This document shows, in pieces, positions 56,146-64,000 of a DNA stretch of 64,000 nucleotides (position 1 is the stretch's first letter; every line of letters starts with the position of its first letter). Origin of the DNA: an uncultured Gammaproteobacteria bacterium (GTDB lineage: Bacteria > Pseudomonadota > Gammaproteobacteria > Thiotrichales > Thiotrichaceae); NCBI GenBank assembly GCA_963847495.1, contig CAWJZX010000013.1, forward strand, positions 323,716 through 387,715, written 5' to 3'. The notes beneath the pieces were generated by a model. That model searched no databases, was not told the origin of the DNA, and saw nothing but the letters and a program-made list of their open reading frames with translations. The position numbers were made by a program, and so were the translations under genes.

Positions 56146-56523
56146 ATGAACAAAATCACAAGGTATCTTATTCAATCTCACAGACCAAAAATATCAAGTA
56201 GACTAGACTCAGAAATAAAAACCGTTGTAACAGAAACAACCTTAAAACCAGCAACTAAGATAACTTCCGCAGAAAAACTAGAAAATAAAAACGACAAAGT
56301 TTGCAGTAAGTGTAAATCTGAAAATATCGAAATTGCACATGGTAGGTTTGGCTATTACTTTAAATGTACCGACTGTAATGGAAACACCTCTATTAAATTG
56401 AAATGTAAAGATGATGCTTGTGACGTACGCTTAAGAAAGCAGAAACTAAATTTCTATAAAGAATGTGGAACATGCAATATGTTTGAGTTGTACTTTGTTA
56501 ATAAGGTAATCGAGGAAGTATGA
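56146..56523 (+). CDS. Topoisomerase-type C4 zinc-ribbon protein, in frame with the NERD ORF
   Basis: 125 aa with CSKCKS...CTDCNG and a second Cys cluster. It is in the same frame as 55549..56118, separated by one TAA (56116-56118) and nine sense codons. Confidence 0.55.
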   Translation: MNKITRYLIQSHRPKISSRLDSEIKTVVTETTLKPATKITSAEKLENKNDKVCSKCKSENIEIAHGRFGYYFKCTDCNGNTSIKLKCKDDACDVRLRKQKLNFYKECGTCNMFELYFVNKVIEEV

Positions 56524-56538
56524 AAACACATTAAAAGT

Positions 56539-56640
56539 GACAACCCCCTTCTTTTAGCCACTTTTTCTATAACACCGCTGTTTTTAACTCCCATTCCAAA
56601 CAAGCCTAGCCACGCAGGAAATTGACGATAAAGGCAATTT
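56539..56640 (+). repeat. C-box head plus truncated module H
   Basis: GACAACCCCCTTCTTTTAGCCACTTTTT ... CCATTCCAAACAAGCCTAGCCACGCAGGAAATTGACGATAAAGGC. Confidence 0.8.
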
Positions 56641-56772
56641 TCAGGACATCCAACAGGAAGTCATTCTATAGAGCCACTTAAATCATGATGTAGACAGATT
56701 GTGTGTATCTCCAAAATTCTCCTGATATATCAATAGGCAGGCTTGTTACTTTAATTACTGTTTTTTGGTTTT

Positions 56773-57051
56773 CTATCGCTGCTTTACCCTGATAAATTGC
56801 GGCTGGATAGGATAAGGCATTTGAGGTACATAAGAATAATATGGTGGTGGCATCGGATAATAGTTACCGTAAGGCCCGTAGTACATCGGACCACGTTGCC
56901 ACATTGTATACGGACTACCGTAACCACGCATATTGTGCTTCCCATGTTTTTTCTTACCACAAAATCCTGCTGCTTCGGCAACCATGGGTGCCGCTATTAT
57001 GGCAGCTGCTATCAAACTGGTTTGTAAAATTGATTTCATTACGTTCTCCAA
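56773..57051 (-). CDS. Secreted Tyr/Pro/Gly-rich small protein
   Basis: 92 aa with a signal peptide, then GYGSPYTMWQRGPMYYGPYGNYYPMPPPYYSYVPQMPYP. Confidence 0.6.
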   Translation of the reverse strand: MENVMKSILQTSLIAAAIIAAPMVAEAAGFCGKKKHGKHNMRGYGSPYTMWQRGPMYYGPYGNYYPMPPPYYSYVPQMPYPIQPQFIRVKQR

Positions 57052-57235
57052 TTATCTACTTACGGATAGTGTTCAATGGTAGACCACGCTTTTTTATCAA
57101 TTTACTGTTAGTTTGATATTAAAACGCTCGATAACCGGGTATTCGCCTACCCAGCTACGCCCGTATTTTAATTCTAGTTCATTTTCACCAGTTTTTATTA
57201 CTCGATAATAATTAGGGTCAGAGTAAAATAAAAAT

Positions 57236-57590
57236 GACACCCCCCACCTTTTAGGCACTTTTTCCAAATATCACTGTTTTTAATCCCTATCCAAAAAAGC
57301 TGAGCCACGCAGGAAATTGACGATAAAGGCTGTAGCTGTTTAAGCGTAAGCGAGTTCTACAGCCGCGTCGATTTTCGAGTAGTGAGGCGACTACATGGAC
57401 GTAGGAGATAGTGCAACGCAGGAGCAGTTGCCGAGAACCGTTTACGGCTTGTTTGCTGGGCAGCCTTTTGTTGATTCGACTGCGTCTCACCCTAAAGGGC
57501 TATCTTTCTGTGAAAGATATTGTCTCACTAACGTTCGGCTGGTTGTTTATTTTGGCTGCGCAAAATAAATGAACTCGTAGATGGCATTAG
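57236..57590 (+). repeat. C-box head plus a full module H (second copy, with an internal insertion of about 75 nt)
   Basis: GACACCCCCCACCTTTTAGGCACTTTTT ... AAGCTGAGCCACGCAGGAAATTGACGATAAAGGCTGTAGCTGTTTAAGCG...CCGTTTACGGCTTGTTTG...GTTTATTTTGGCTGCGCAAAATAAATGAACTCGTAG. Track ORF 57287..57490 is judged spurious. Confidence 0.85.
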
Positions 57591-57925
57591 AAAGACCGGC
57601 AGGCATGCGCAGCTCATTTCATGGTTGTAAAAGTAATATTCCGCTAATATGGTTTTGACCTTGTCTAAATATTTTTGCCAAAGCGAATAATATTTGGCGT
57701 TTTTAGCAAAATTATTTTCTAGCTAAATAAGGCTAAAATTATATTTATTATTATATAATTTTCACATGAGCTACAAATAATGCGAGAAGTAGTATGTTTA
57801 ATATAACTGCAATTTTATCCCGTAAATTGCGAGTGGTGTTACTACTGCCAAAGAGTTTTACTGATTGCCAACCGCCACTATTCGCAATCAGAACAGGGAA
57901 GTCCAAATAGAAGGAATATTTATCC

Positions 57926-58630
57926 ATGAAATGCAGTGTTGAACGCCTGATTAAGGCCATGATAGGTGTCGAACAGGCACAGGAACACAAGTCCTTTGAT
58001 AAAAAGTCAGAACTAGCTACAAACGGGAGATCAAATGTCGTAACGATTTCACGCAGCTACGGTTCACTTGGAAAGCAGGTAGCCAAGGCACTTGCTGATC
58101 GCCTGCTTTTGAACACTTGCGACCGCAATATTCTGGAGCAGGTTGCGAGGCAGGCCGATGTTGACATTGAGCTCGTGAAAAGACTCGACGAGAATGTCAT
58201 ACGTACCGGCTTTGAGCCGTGGAAAGCTTTTATAAGTGGCCAGTCATTGAGTGCAGAACGTTACCAGAACCATCTGGTGAGCGTCATCATGAACATTTCA
58301 AGGACTGGGGGTGTCATCGTCGGACGCGGTGCTAACCTGATACTCGGTCCTGAAAAGGCATTTCGTGTGCGGATTATAGGCAGTCTGGCTACCTGTGCTT
58401 CACGCGTTGCCGAACGCAAACAGATCAGCATGGAAGAAGCAAGGAAACGCGTCTTGACTATCAACAGCCAGCGGGACGAGTACCTGAAAAAACTCTACGC
58501 TGTTGATATCGCGGATTGCAGCGTCTATGACCTTATCATCAATTCTGATCGCTTTAGCGTCGATCAAATGGTTAACCTGATACTAGATGGGATGCAACAG
58601 GTGGGATATGAAATCCCCTCCAATACTTAA
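57926..58630 (+). CDS. Cytidylate-kinase-like family protein
   Basis: VVTISRSYGSLGKQVAKALADRL and VIVGRGAN motifs. The true start is uncertain. Confidence 0.6.
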   Translation: MKCSVERLIKAMIGVEQAQEHKSFDKKSELATNGRSNVVTISRSYGSLGKQVAKALADRLLLNTCDRNILEQVARQADVDIELVKRLDENVIRTGFEPWKAFISGQSLSAERYQNHLVSVIMNISRTGGVIVGRGANLILGPEKAFRVRIIGSLATCASRVAERKQISMEEARKRVLTINSQRDEYLKKLYAVDIADCSVYDLIINSDRFSVDQMVNLILDGMQQVGYEIPSNT

Positions 58631-58677
58631 AAGTTCTACTCATCTGTTGTGGTTCAGACTAGTACATTTCATCCTAA

Positions 58678-58982
58678 GCTTCCCCCGATCTTTTAAGGAA
58701 ATATCAATGCGGTAACCCGTATATATATTATTTATAGCCTGGATAAGGCACGCCATCCGACTTTTGGATGTGATCAACGATGATCGTGTTGTACGGCGCT
58801 ATCGCGTATAAGACCTACGCACTGAAGCTTTTTTCTGAACTCGTAGCTTCGCTACGAAATCCTTTTAAAAGACACCCCCTGCTTTTAGACATTTTTTCCC
58901 TTGCTTCTACCACCCCTCGGATCAATGCTTGATCTGTCGAGACAATTTGTTCGCCCTAGCGGCATAACAAATCGACTTTTCT
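58678..58982 (+). repeat. Degenerate head, REP-like doublet, CGTAGC hairpin, C-box head and module E
   Basis: CTTCCCCCGATCTTTTAAGG (58679); GGATAAGGCACGCCATCCGAC...GCGTATAAGACCTACGCAC (58741-58828); CTCGTAGCTTCGCTACGAAA; GACACCCCCTGCTTTTAGACATTTTTT (58871); CCACCCCTCGGATCAATGCTTGATCTGTCGAGACAATTTGTTCGCCCTAGCGGCATAACAAATCGACTTTT. Confidence 0.8.
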
Positions 58983-59216
58983 TATGGTTATATAGAAAGA
59001 AACAATTATTCTTCGACTCTATTAACAATTGTTAATTACAATTTACAAGTAATCTCGTAGATTCGGTTACGTATCAGGCAATCATCCCCCCAATGATGCC
59101 TGATTAGTTCTTCAGGCCGTGCCAGTGTTCTATAGTATTTAATTCTTCCTTCCTTTGGTAATACTATAGATACGCTGGCTTTTTTATTAAATCTGCATAA
59201 GATAACCTGTAAATTC

Positions 59217-59350
59217 ATACCCCCTACTTTTAGGCACTTTTTCTAATGACACTGCGTGCAAAAATCCTGATTGCTGAATATCCGTAAAATAAGATTATGC
59301 ATAATACGGGCAAGATGAAAGGTATCTCGTAGCTCCGCTACGGAGCTAAG
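59217..59350 (+). repeat. C-box head plus CGTAGC-type hairpin
   Basis: ATACCCCCTACTTTTAGGCACTTTTT ... CTCGTAGCTCCGCTACGGAGC. Confidence 0.7.
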
Positions 59351-60181
59351 CTAAGCTGATTTTAAATCAAGAATTTCACGTGCTTGCCGCCAACTGGCTA
59401 CGGGGCGATCATATTTCTCACAGAGATTTACCGCACGCTTTACCAGTGCAGCATTTGATGGTGCCAGGGTGTCTTTATCCAGGCGAACATTATCTTCGAG
59501 TCCAGTGCGTGTATGGCCTCCTGCTGCAATTGACCATTCATTAACAGCCAGTTGGTTCGGGCCTACCCCTGCGCCACACCATTCTGCATCTGCCGACAGG
59601 CGTTTTAGCGTTTCGATATAAAAATTAAAAATCGGTTTATCCGCCGGCATGGCATTTTTAACACCCATCACAAATTGCACATACAGTGGTTTCTTGAGGC
59701 GACCATCATCAGCCATTTTTGCTGCTTGAACAATATGGCTTAAATCGAAGGCTTCTATTTCTGGTTTGACGTCATATTTCAACATTTCTTCCGCCAGCCA
59801 ATCGACAAGCTGAGGTGGGTTTTCGTAAACGCGCGTTGGAAAATTATTGGAACCAACAGACAAGGATGCCATATCCGGCCGTAGTGATAGCATTCCACCG
59901 CGTTCCTTTCCTGCACCGGAACGACCGCCGGTAGAAAGTTGAATAATCATCCCGGGGCAATGCTTTTTTATCCCTTGTTGAAGCAACGAAAACCTTTCGG
60001 GGTCAGATGTTGGTGTTTGATCCTCATTGCGGACATGGCAGTGTGCGATTGTCGCGCCTGCTTCGAAAGATTCGTGAACCGATTCTATTTGTTCTTCAAT
60101 AGTTGTCGGTACGGCTGGATTATTTTCCTTTCGGGCGACAGAACCAGTAATCGCAACACAGATTATGCAAGGTTTACTCAT
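59351..60181 (-). CDS. 3-keto-5-aminohexanoate cleavage enzyme family (BKACE/DUF849)
   Basis: 276 aa starting MSKPCIICVAITGSV, then ...AVPTTIEEQIES...AGATIAHCHVR. Confidence 0.8.
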   Translation of the reverse strand: MSKPCIICVAITGSVARKENNPAVPTTIEEQIESVHESFEAGATIAHCHVRNEDQTPTSDPERFSLLQQGIKKHCPGMIIQLSTGGRSGAGKERGGMLSLRPDMASLSVGSNNFPTRVYENPPQLVDWLAEEMLKYDVKPEIEAFDLSHIVQAAKMADDGRLKKPLYVQFVMGVKNAMPADKPIFNFYIETLKRLSADAEWCGAGVGPNQLAVNEWSIAAGGHTRTGLEDNVRLDKDTLAPSNAALVKRAVNLCEKYDRPVASWRQAREILDLKSA

Positions 60182-60268
60182 AGTAATTGAGTATAGTTCA
60201 AATATTTTAGCATATAGTCATCTATAGAAAGTTACTCGCAGCTATTAGCTATGAAATCTAATTAAATG

Positions 60269-60475
60269 CACACCCCCTACTTTTAAGTGAATTTTATGCG
60301 GCTGCGCCTTCCCTACGGGTCTGCTAAAGCTGCTGTCTCACTGCGTTCGGCTGACACTTTTTTAAACAGTCTGCCCGATTACCAGTGTCCATATCTGCAA
60401 CCACCTCTCGGATCAACTCTTGATCTGTCGAGACGATTTGTTATACCTAGCGGCATAACAAATCGACTTTTCTGA
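60269..60475 (+). repeat. C-box head plus module B variant plus module E
   Basis: CACACCCCCTACTTTTAAGTGAATTTTATGCGGCTGCGCCTTCCCTACGGGTCTGC...CAACCACCTCTCGGATCAACTCTTGATCTGTCGAGACGATTTGTTATACCTAGCGGCATAACAAATCGACTTTT. Track ORF 60287..60475 is judged spurious. Confidence 0.85.
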
Positions 60476-60571
60476 GGCTTTATTACTACCTTAGAAATTA
60501 CGTTCGCTTTTTGTATTCTTTTGTTTTACTATAGAACACACGACGAACAATAAATCAGACAAGGAGTTACG

Positions 60572-60832
60572 ATGAATTACCTCATTAAAAAAGTTAAATC
60601 TGGCTTAGAGACAAGACCTTCAAATACGTTTTTATTGTTTTTAACAGGCTTCCTTTTTGCGCAAGTATTGTTAGTTAATATACTCTACACTCGACACCCG
60701 CAAGGTGGCTGGGTTACAGCATTCGGAAATTTACCAACAGCTACTGTTCTTATCGCTTCATTGTTTGTGTTAGCTTTATGCCTGATGGCTTTATGGCGTT
60801 CTGTTACAACCATTAACGCAGTACCCGCATAA
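60572..60832 (+). CDS. Hypothetical small membrane protein
   Basis: 86 aa with two hydrophobic helices and a GGAG Shine-Dalgarno. Confidence 0.4.
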   Translation: MNYLIKKVKSGLETRPSNTFLLFLTGFLFAQVLLVNILYTRHPQGGWVTAFGNLPTATVLIASLFVLALCLMALWRSVTTINAVPA

Positions 60833-60837
60833 AATAT

Positions 60838-60928
60838 AGGGTGCCTGGCTAAGGCACTCCATCCAGCTTTTAGTGTGATCAACGATGGTCATGTCGTATG
60901 GCGCTATCGCTTATAAGACCTACGCACT
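60838..60928. repeat. REP-like doublet
   Basis: CTGGCTAAGGCACTCCATCCAGC...GTCGTATGGCGCTATCGCTTATAAGACCTACGCAC; a homolog of 58741-58828. Confidence 0.7.
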
Positions 60929-60960
60929 ATAATCGGCCTTCGTTCTTACATTGAAAAATT

Positions 60961-61638
60961 ATGATCCCCTCGACATTATTAGGCACAGCCAGCATTCCCA
61001 ATAACGGTGGTGAATTGAGGCTAACTCAACACGGGAATGATTTTTCTATTCATCTAAAAGGTGTACGTGGAGAGTTAATGAATAGTCGGGTGCATTCTTC
61101 CGAGCTAGCCCTGGCTGAGTTAGGTTGTGCGCATATTCAAGGGATTAAGGATACCAAGGTGTTAGTCGGAGGCTTGGGGATGGGCTTCACTCTGGCCGCA
61201 GCCCTCAAAGCAACATCTAAAAGTTCTCAGGTGCTTGTTGCGGAACTGGTACCAGAAATTATCGAATGGAATAAAGGCCCATTAGGCGAATCTGCAGGAA
61301 GGCCGCTTGATGATAATCGGGCTCTGGTACATTTGGGCGATGTGGCTGAACTTTTCAAAACTAAGCAAGCCACTTATGACGCTATTATATTAGATGTTGA
61401 TAACGGCCCCGAGGGCTTTACACACGCCGACAATAACAATCTGTATTCAATCGAAAGTTTACACGCTATACGGCAAACACTTCATCCTGGTGGCGTGTTA
61501 GCTATATGGTCAGCCTGGCATGATCCAAAATTCACCCAGCAATTGAAAAAAGCACGTTTTGAAGTTGAAGTTAAAACCGTCAGGGCACATAAAGGCAAAG
61601 GCAGTCGTCATACAATTTATCTGGCCAGGAAAAGATAG
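60961..61638 (+). CDS. Spermidine-synthase-like SAM-dependent methyltransferase-fold protein
   Basis: 225 aa with VLVGGLGMGFTLAAAL and IILDVDNGP motifs. Confidence 0.65.
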   Translation: MIPSTLLGTASIPNNGGELRLTQHGNDFSIHLKGVRGELMNSRVHSSELALAELGCAHIQGIKDTKVLVGGLGMGFTLAAALKATSKSSQVLVAELVPEIIEWNKGPLGESAGRPLDDNRALVHLGDVAELFKTKQATYDAIILDVDNGPEGFTHADNNNLYSIESLHAIRQTLHPGGVLAIWSAWHDPKFTQQLKKARFEVEVKTVRAHKGKGSRHTIYLARKR

Positions 61639-61699
61639 GAAGTTAGTAAGGAGGAATAGTAGGTGACTGAAGTAGCTATGTTGCTGAAGACAAGAAGGT

Positions 61700-61910
61700 A
61701 TATTGTAGCTCCACTACGAAACCTTTATAAAATATTCCCTTGTTAATGAAGTACATCCCTGTAATACACCTCTTCGAGGTAGTTTCGTTGCACTCAAATT
61801 TCAAATACATTCCAGATGAATTCGTCGGCGATGCCCGGCTCAGCAAAACACTATTTTTAAATCCCATTTAGACAAGCCGAACCGCGCGGGAAATCGATAA
61901 TTGAGGTTTA
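61700..61910 (+). repeat. CGTAGC-type hairpin plus module G plus truncated module H
   Basis: TTGTAGCTCCACTACGAAA; GAAGTACATCCCTGTAATACACCTCTTCGAGGTAGTTTCGTTGCACTCAAATTTCAAATACATTCCAGATGAATTCGTCGG; CCCATTTAGACAAGCCGAACCGCGCGGGAAATCGATAA. Track ORF 61676..61867 is judged spurious. Confidence 0.75.
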
Positions 61911-62084
61911 ACTACTTGAAAGTTAGCGTGTTTAATTAAATTGCCTTGAACAATTATACGTATGGCCCGAAGGATCAAGCACTAAAGATATACATGTCCC
62001 TGCGATGCTAAACATCTGACGTAATAGATTAAAACCAGAGCAAATCATGAGTGCAAGCGGATAAAAGATATCCAGCAAAATTAT

Positions 62085-62834
62085 TTATTCAGAATGGATT
62101 TCTGCAGTTCTTCGCAGACCTGCTTCATCAAATAGCATTTTATTAGGCCCATCTTTAGTCAGCAACTGTTTACGTTTGAATTCTGAAAGTACCCGGCTTA
62201 CTGATTCCCTCGTTACCCCGGTCAAAGCGGCAAAATCATCAATGCCCATGATCTCGATTCCACTTTTAGCCTCATGATTTGCCTCGTCAATCAACATCAA
62301 CAACACACGTGCGCAGCGCTGCTTAAGTGTTCCCGTAGAGAACTCTACAAGAACCCTGCCCGATGCTTCCATCTGTAGATGCCACTCTTTTAATACTGAT
62401 TTATAGAAGTCAGGATCAGAAGTTAAAATACCGTTAATAACTTCGTAGGGAACTCTGCAAACTTCTGTATCCTTTAAGGCAATCGCAGTCTGGTCAAAGC
62501 GTTGACCATTATTCAGAAATGATTCCACGCCGGCAACCCCCCCTTTTCTCACCAGTCTAACTATTCGAATAGTGCCGTCACTGAGTGTTTCTTCAAGTTT
62601 TAACAGTCCCTTACGAACTACGTACATCTCTATGGCTGGTGAGTTTTCAACGTATAACATAGACTTTTTCGCATAGCTATACAGAACGATACGTTTAAGC
62701 AAAGCATCATATTTTTGCAAGTTGACCTCAGCAAATATATCGAATTTTCGAATTGGGCAATGCTGACAGTCTGCGCGCCCTTCCCATTTTGGATCGATAC
62801 ATTTTGTGTGATTCGGTGCTTTAGTCATTTTCAC
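62085..62834 (-). CDS. Crp/Fnr-family transcriptional regulator with an N-terminal Cys cluster
   Basis: 249 aa with an N-terminal C-X10-C-X2-C plus a central Cys, a cNMP-like beta-barrel, and the C-terminal HTH FAALTGVTRESVSRVLSEF. Confidence 0.8.
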   Translation of the reverse strand: MKMTKAPNHTKCIDPKWEGRADCQHCPIRKFDIFAEVNLQKYDALLKRIVLYSYAKKSMLYVENSPAIEMYVVRKGLLKLEETLSDGTIRIVRLVRKGGVAGVESFLNNGQRFDQTAIALKDTEVCRVPYEVINGILTSDPDFYKSVLKEWHLQMEASGRVLVEFSTGTLKQRCARVLLMLIDEANHEAKSGIEIMGIDDFAALTGVTRESVSRVLSEFKRKQLLTKDGPNKMLFDEAGLRRTAEIHSE

Positions 62835-63046
62835 CTCAATTAAATGAAATCTGTGTTAAGTAGATTGGTATTTTTAAGATTGCTTTCTTTTTATATTTAT
62901 ATATATGTAGAGAGAGAAAGGTCAGTATATGCTCATTGTCACCTATAAGTATATGTCATTGATTTATATGCTTTTTATATATTTTTATATTAAATAATAT
63001 ATACTTAGGATCAAGTAATAAAAGAGGCTAGACTAAAATAAACAAA

Positions 63047-63075
63047 GACACCCCACTACTTTTAGGCACTTTTTA
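63047..63075 (+). repeat. C-box head
   Basis: GACACCCCACTACTTTTAGGCACTTTTTA. Confidence 0.8.
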
Positions 63076-63124
63076 AAGTAAAATAATCATCTCCTTAATA
63101 TTCACTTCTCTGAATGGGCAACAC

Positions 63125-64000
63125 ATGACCAAAAACAAAACTTCAATTCATAAATGGGGTGATACTGAAAAAGCCCACTGGCTTTCACAACAACAAATAA
63201 AACGTTCTTATTTTGATGAAGTGGTAAAAACAATCATCCGCTTGGTGAAGGGCTATGAAGTTCATCAATACGGTAGCTTGCCTTACTCAGACTTAGGCTA
63301 TAGCAAAGAAAACTATCCCTTGTACATTCTCAAATCAAACCAATGGGATGACAGTAAACCGAATATCTTGATCACTGGCGGTGTGCATGGCTATGAAACC
63401 AGCGGCGTTCAGGGTGCTTTACGTTTTTTAGAGTTTGGTGCCGTGGATTATCTTGACCAGTTTAATTTTGCTGTGGCGCCATGTATCAGCCCCTGGGGTT
63501 ATGAAACCATCAACCGCTGGAATCCGGAGACGGCAGACCCGAATCGCTCATTTCGGCATCCAAGCCCAGCACGGGAAGCGGCAACGCTCATGGCTTACAT
63601 AGATTCGCTGGATATTACTTTCTTAGCACATCTGGATTTGCACGAAACCACCGATACCGATAACACCGTTTTTAGACCGGCACTGGCCGCAAGAGATGGA
63701 ATCCACCAGGATGTGTGGAATATCCCCGATGGGTTTTACCTGGTTGGCGATCGCGAAAACCCGACACCGGAATTTCATCAAGCGATTATAAGAAGCGTTG
63801 AGAAGGTCACCCATATCGCACCTGCAGATGACAAAGGTGAGATTGTCGGGGATAAACTCGAACAGCAAGGCGTGATTAATTACGCAAAAAGAGACTTGGG
63901 TTTATGTGCCGGCTTTAGTGGCGTTAAATATTCATCGACCACTGAAGTCTACCCCGATAGCCCTAATGTCACTGATGAAGAATGTATCTTAGCCCAGGTC
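63125..64000 (+). CDS. M14-family zinc carboxypeptidase-like protein, 3'-truncated by the window end
   Basis: Open from ATG 63125 to the window end (292 codons). It has the zinc ligand motifs GGVHGYETSG and LDLHETT. It is not in the track because no stop is reached. Confidence 0.7.
   Translation, partial: MTKNKTSIHKWGDTEKAHWLSQQQIKRSYFDEVVKTIIRLVKGYEVHQYGSLPYSDLGYSKENYPLYILKSNQWDDSKPNILITGGVHGYETSGVQGALRFLEFGAVDYLDQFNFAVAPCISPWGYETINRWNPETADPNRSFRHPSPAREAATLMAYIDSLDITFLAHLDLHETTDTDNTVFRPALAARDGIHQDVWNIPDGFYLVGDRENPTPEFHQAIIRSVEKVTHIAPADDKGEIVGDKLEQQGVINYAKRDLGLCAGFSGVKYSSTTEVYPDSPNVTDEECILAQV

Noticed and set aside
58305-58320. GGGGGTGTC inside ORF 57926..58630 as a reverse-orientation head copy
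   Set aside because: Only the 9-nt G-rich core matches, and the flanks lack the AAAAGT/T-run parts. The peptide TGGVIVGRGAN is a conserved cytidylate-kinase-like motif, so this is coincidental.
54149-61910. A CRISPR array or integron cassette array as an explanation for the regularly recurring repeats among small genes
   Set aside because: The repeats differ in type, length and spacing, and the intervals between them are whole genes. There is no cas gene and no intI-type integrase. The same repeats flank housekeeping genes (hemN, recBD, rnr, aceA) throughout the window.
264-63075. The head motif as an ordinary rho-independent terminator
   Set aside because: Apart from the variant at 261-291, the head has no GC-rich stem before its T-run. 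It also occurs in one orientation next to genes on both strands, so it cannot be a conventional terminator for the minus-strand genes.
1315-63868. Many 60-125-aa track ORFs nested inside or antisense to long genes. Examples: 1315..1527, 2561..2776, 9533..9796, 16174..16548, 19013..20455 set, 21229..22807 set, 24586..24979, 26216..26525, 27250..27564, 29201..30302 set, 30668..30949, 41319..42108 set, 42489..44392 set, 51066..52243 set, 56784..57116 set, 63623..63868.
   Set aside because: They overlap well-supported genes with recognisable families, lack RBS signals, and have skewed or low-complexity composition typical of shadow ORFs.

Overview
This is an AT-rich gammaproteobacterial-type chromosomal segment; GC content was judged by eye and not computed. 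About two thirds of the genes are on the minus strand.

Housekeeping genes I recognise: ndh (3' end), hemN, recB-recD, rnr-rlmB, aceA (long-form isocitrate lyase) and rraA. There are also redox and anaerobiosis genes: nnrS, a Crp/Fnr regulator, a dihaem cytochrome c, and a frameshifted napC/nirT-type cytochrome. Around these sit many accessory genes (hydrolases, membrane proteins, hipBA, a NERD-domain gene).

Mobile DNA consists of one IS3-family element, three IS110-family elements (two diverged copies of one type plus one IS1111-like element) and one GC-richer IS91-like unit with a tyrosine recombinase.

The main signal not explained by genes is a very abundant, modular, hairpin-rich repeat family. 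Its conserved head is GACACCCCC(C)TAC(C)TTTTAGGCACTTTTT. I count at least 33 copies (about one per 2 kb), and every copy I could find is in the same (+) orientation whatever the orientation of the neighbouring genes.
- Two copies sit in frame inside recD and recB.
- One copy supplies the recD stop codon.
- All four IS3/IS110-family elements are inserted into members of this repeat system or into REP-like palindromes.

Other points: three tandem secreted paralogs share a histidine-rich N-terminal module, and several genes are interrupted by a single in-frame stop or by frameshifts. Two low-complexity secreted proteins resemble sulfur-globule envelope proteins, which is a speculative hint of a sulfur-storing Thiotrichales-like host. 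I saw no rRNA, tRNA or CRISPR array. All identities and percentages are visual estimates, not computed.
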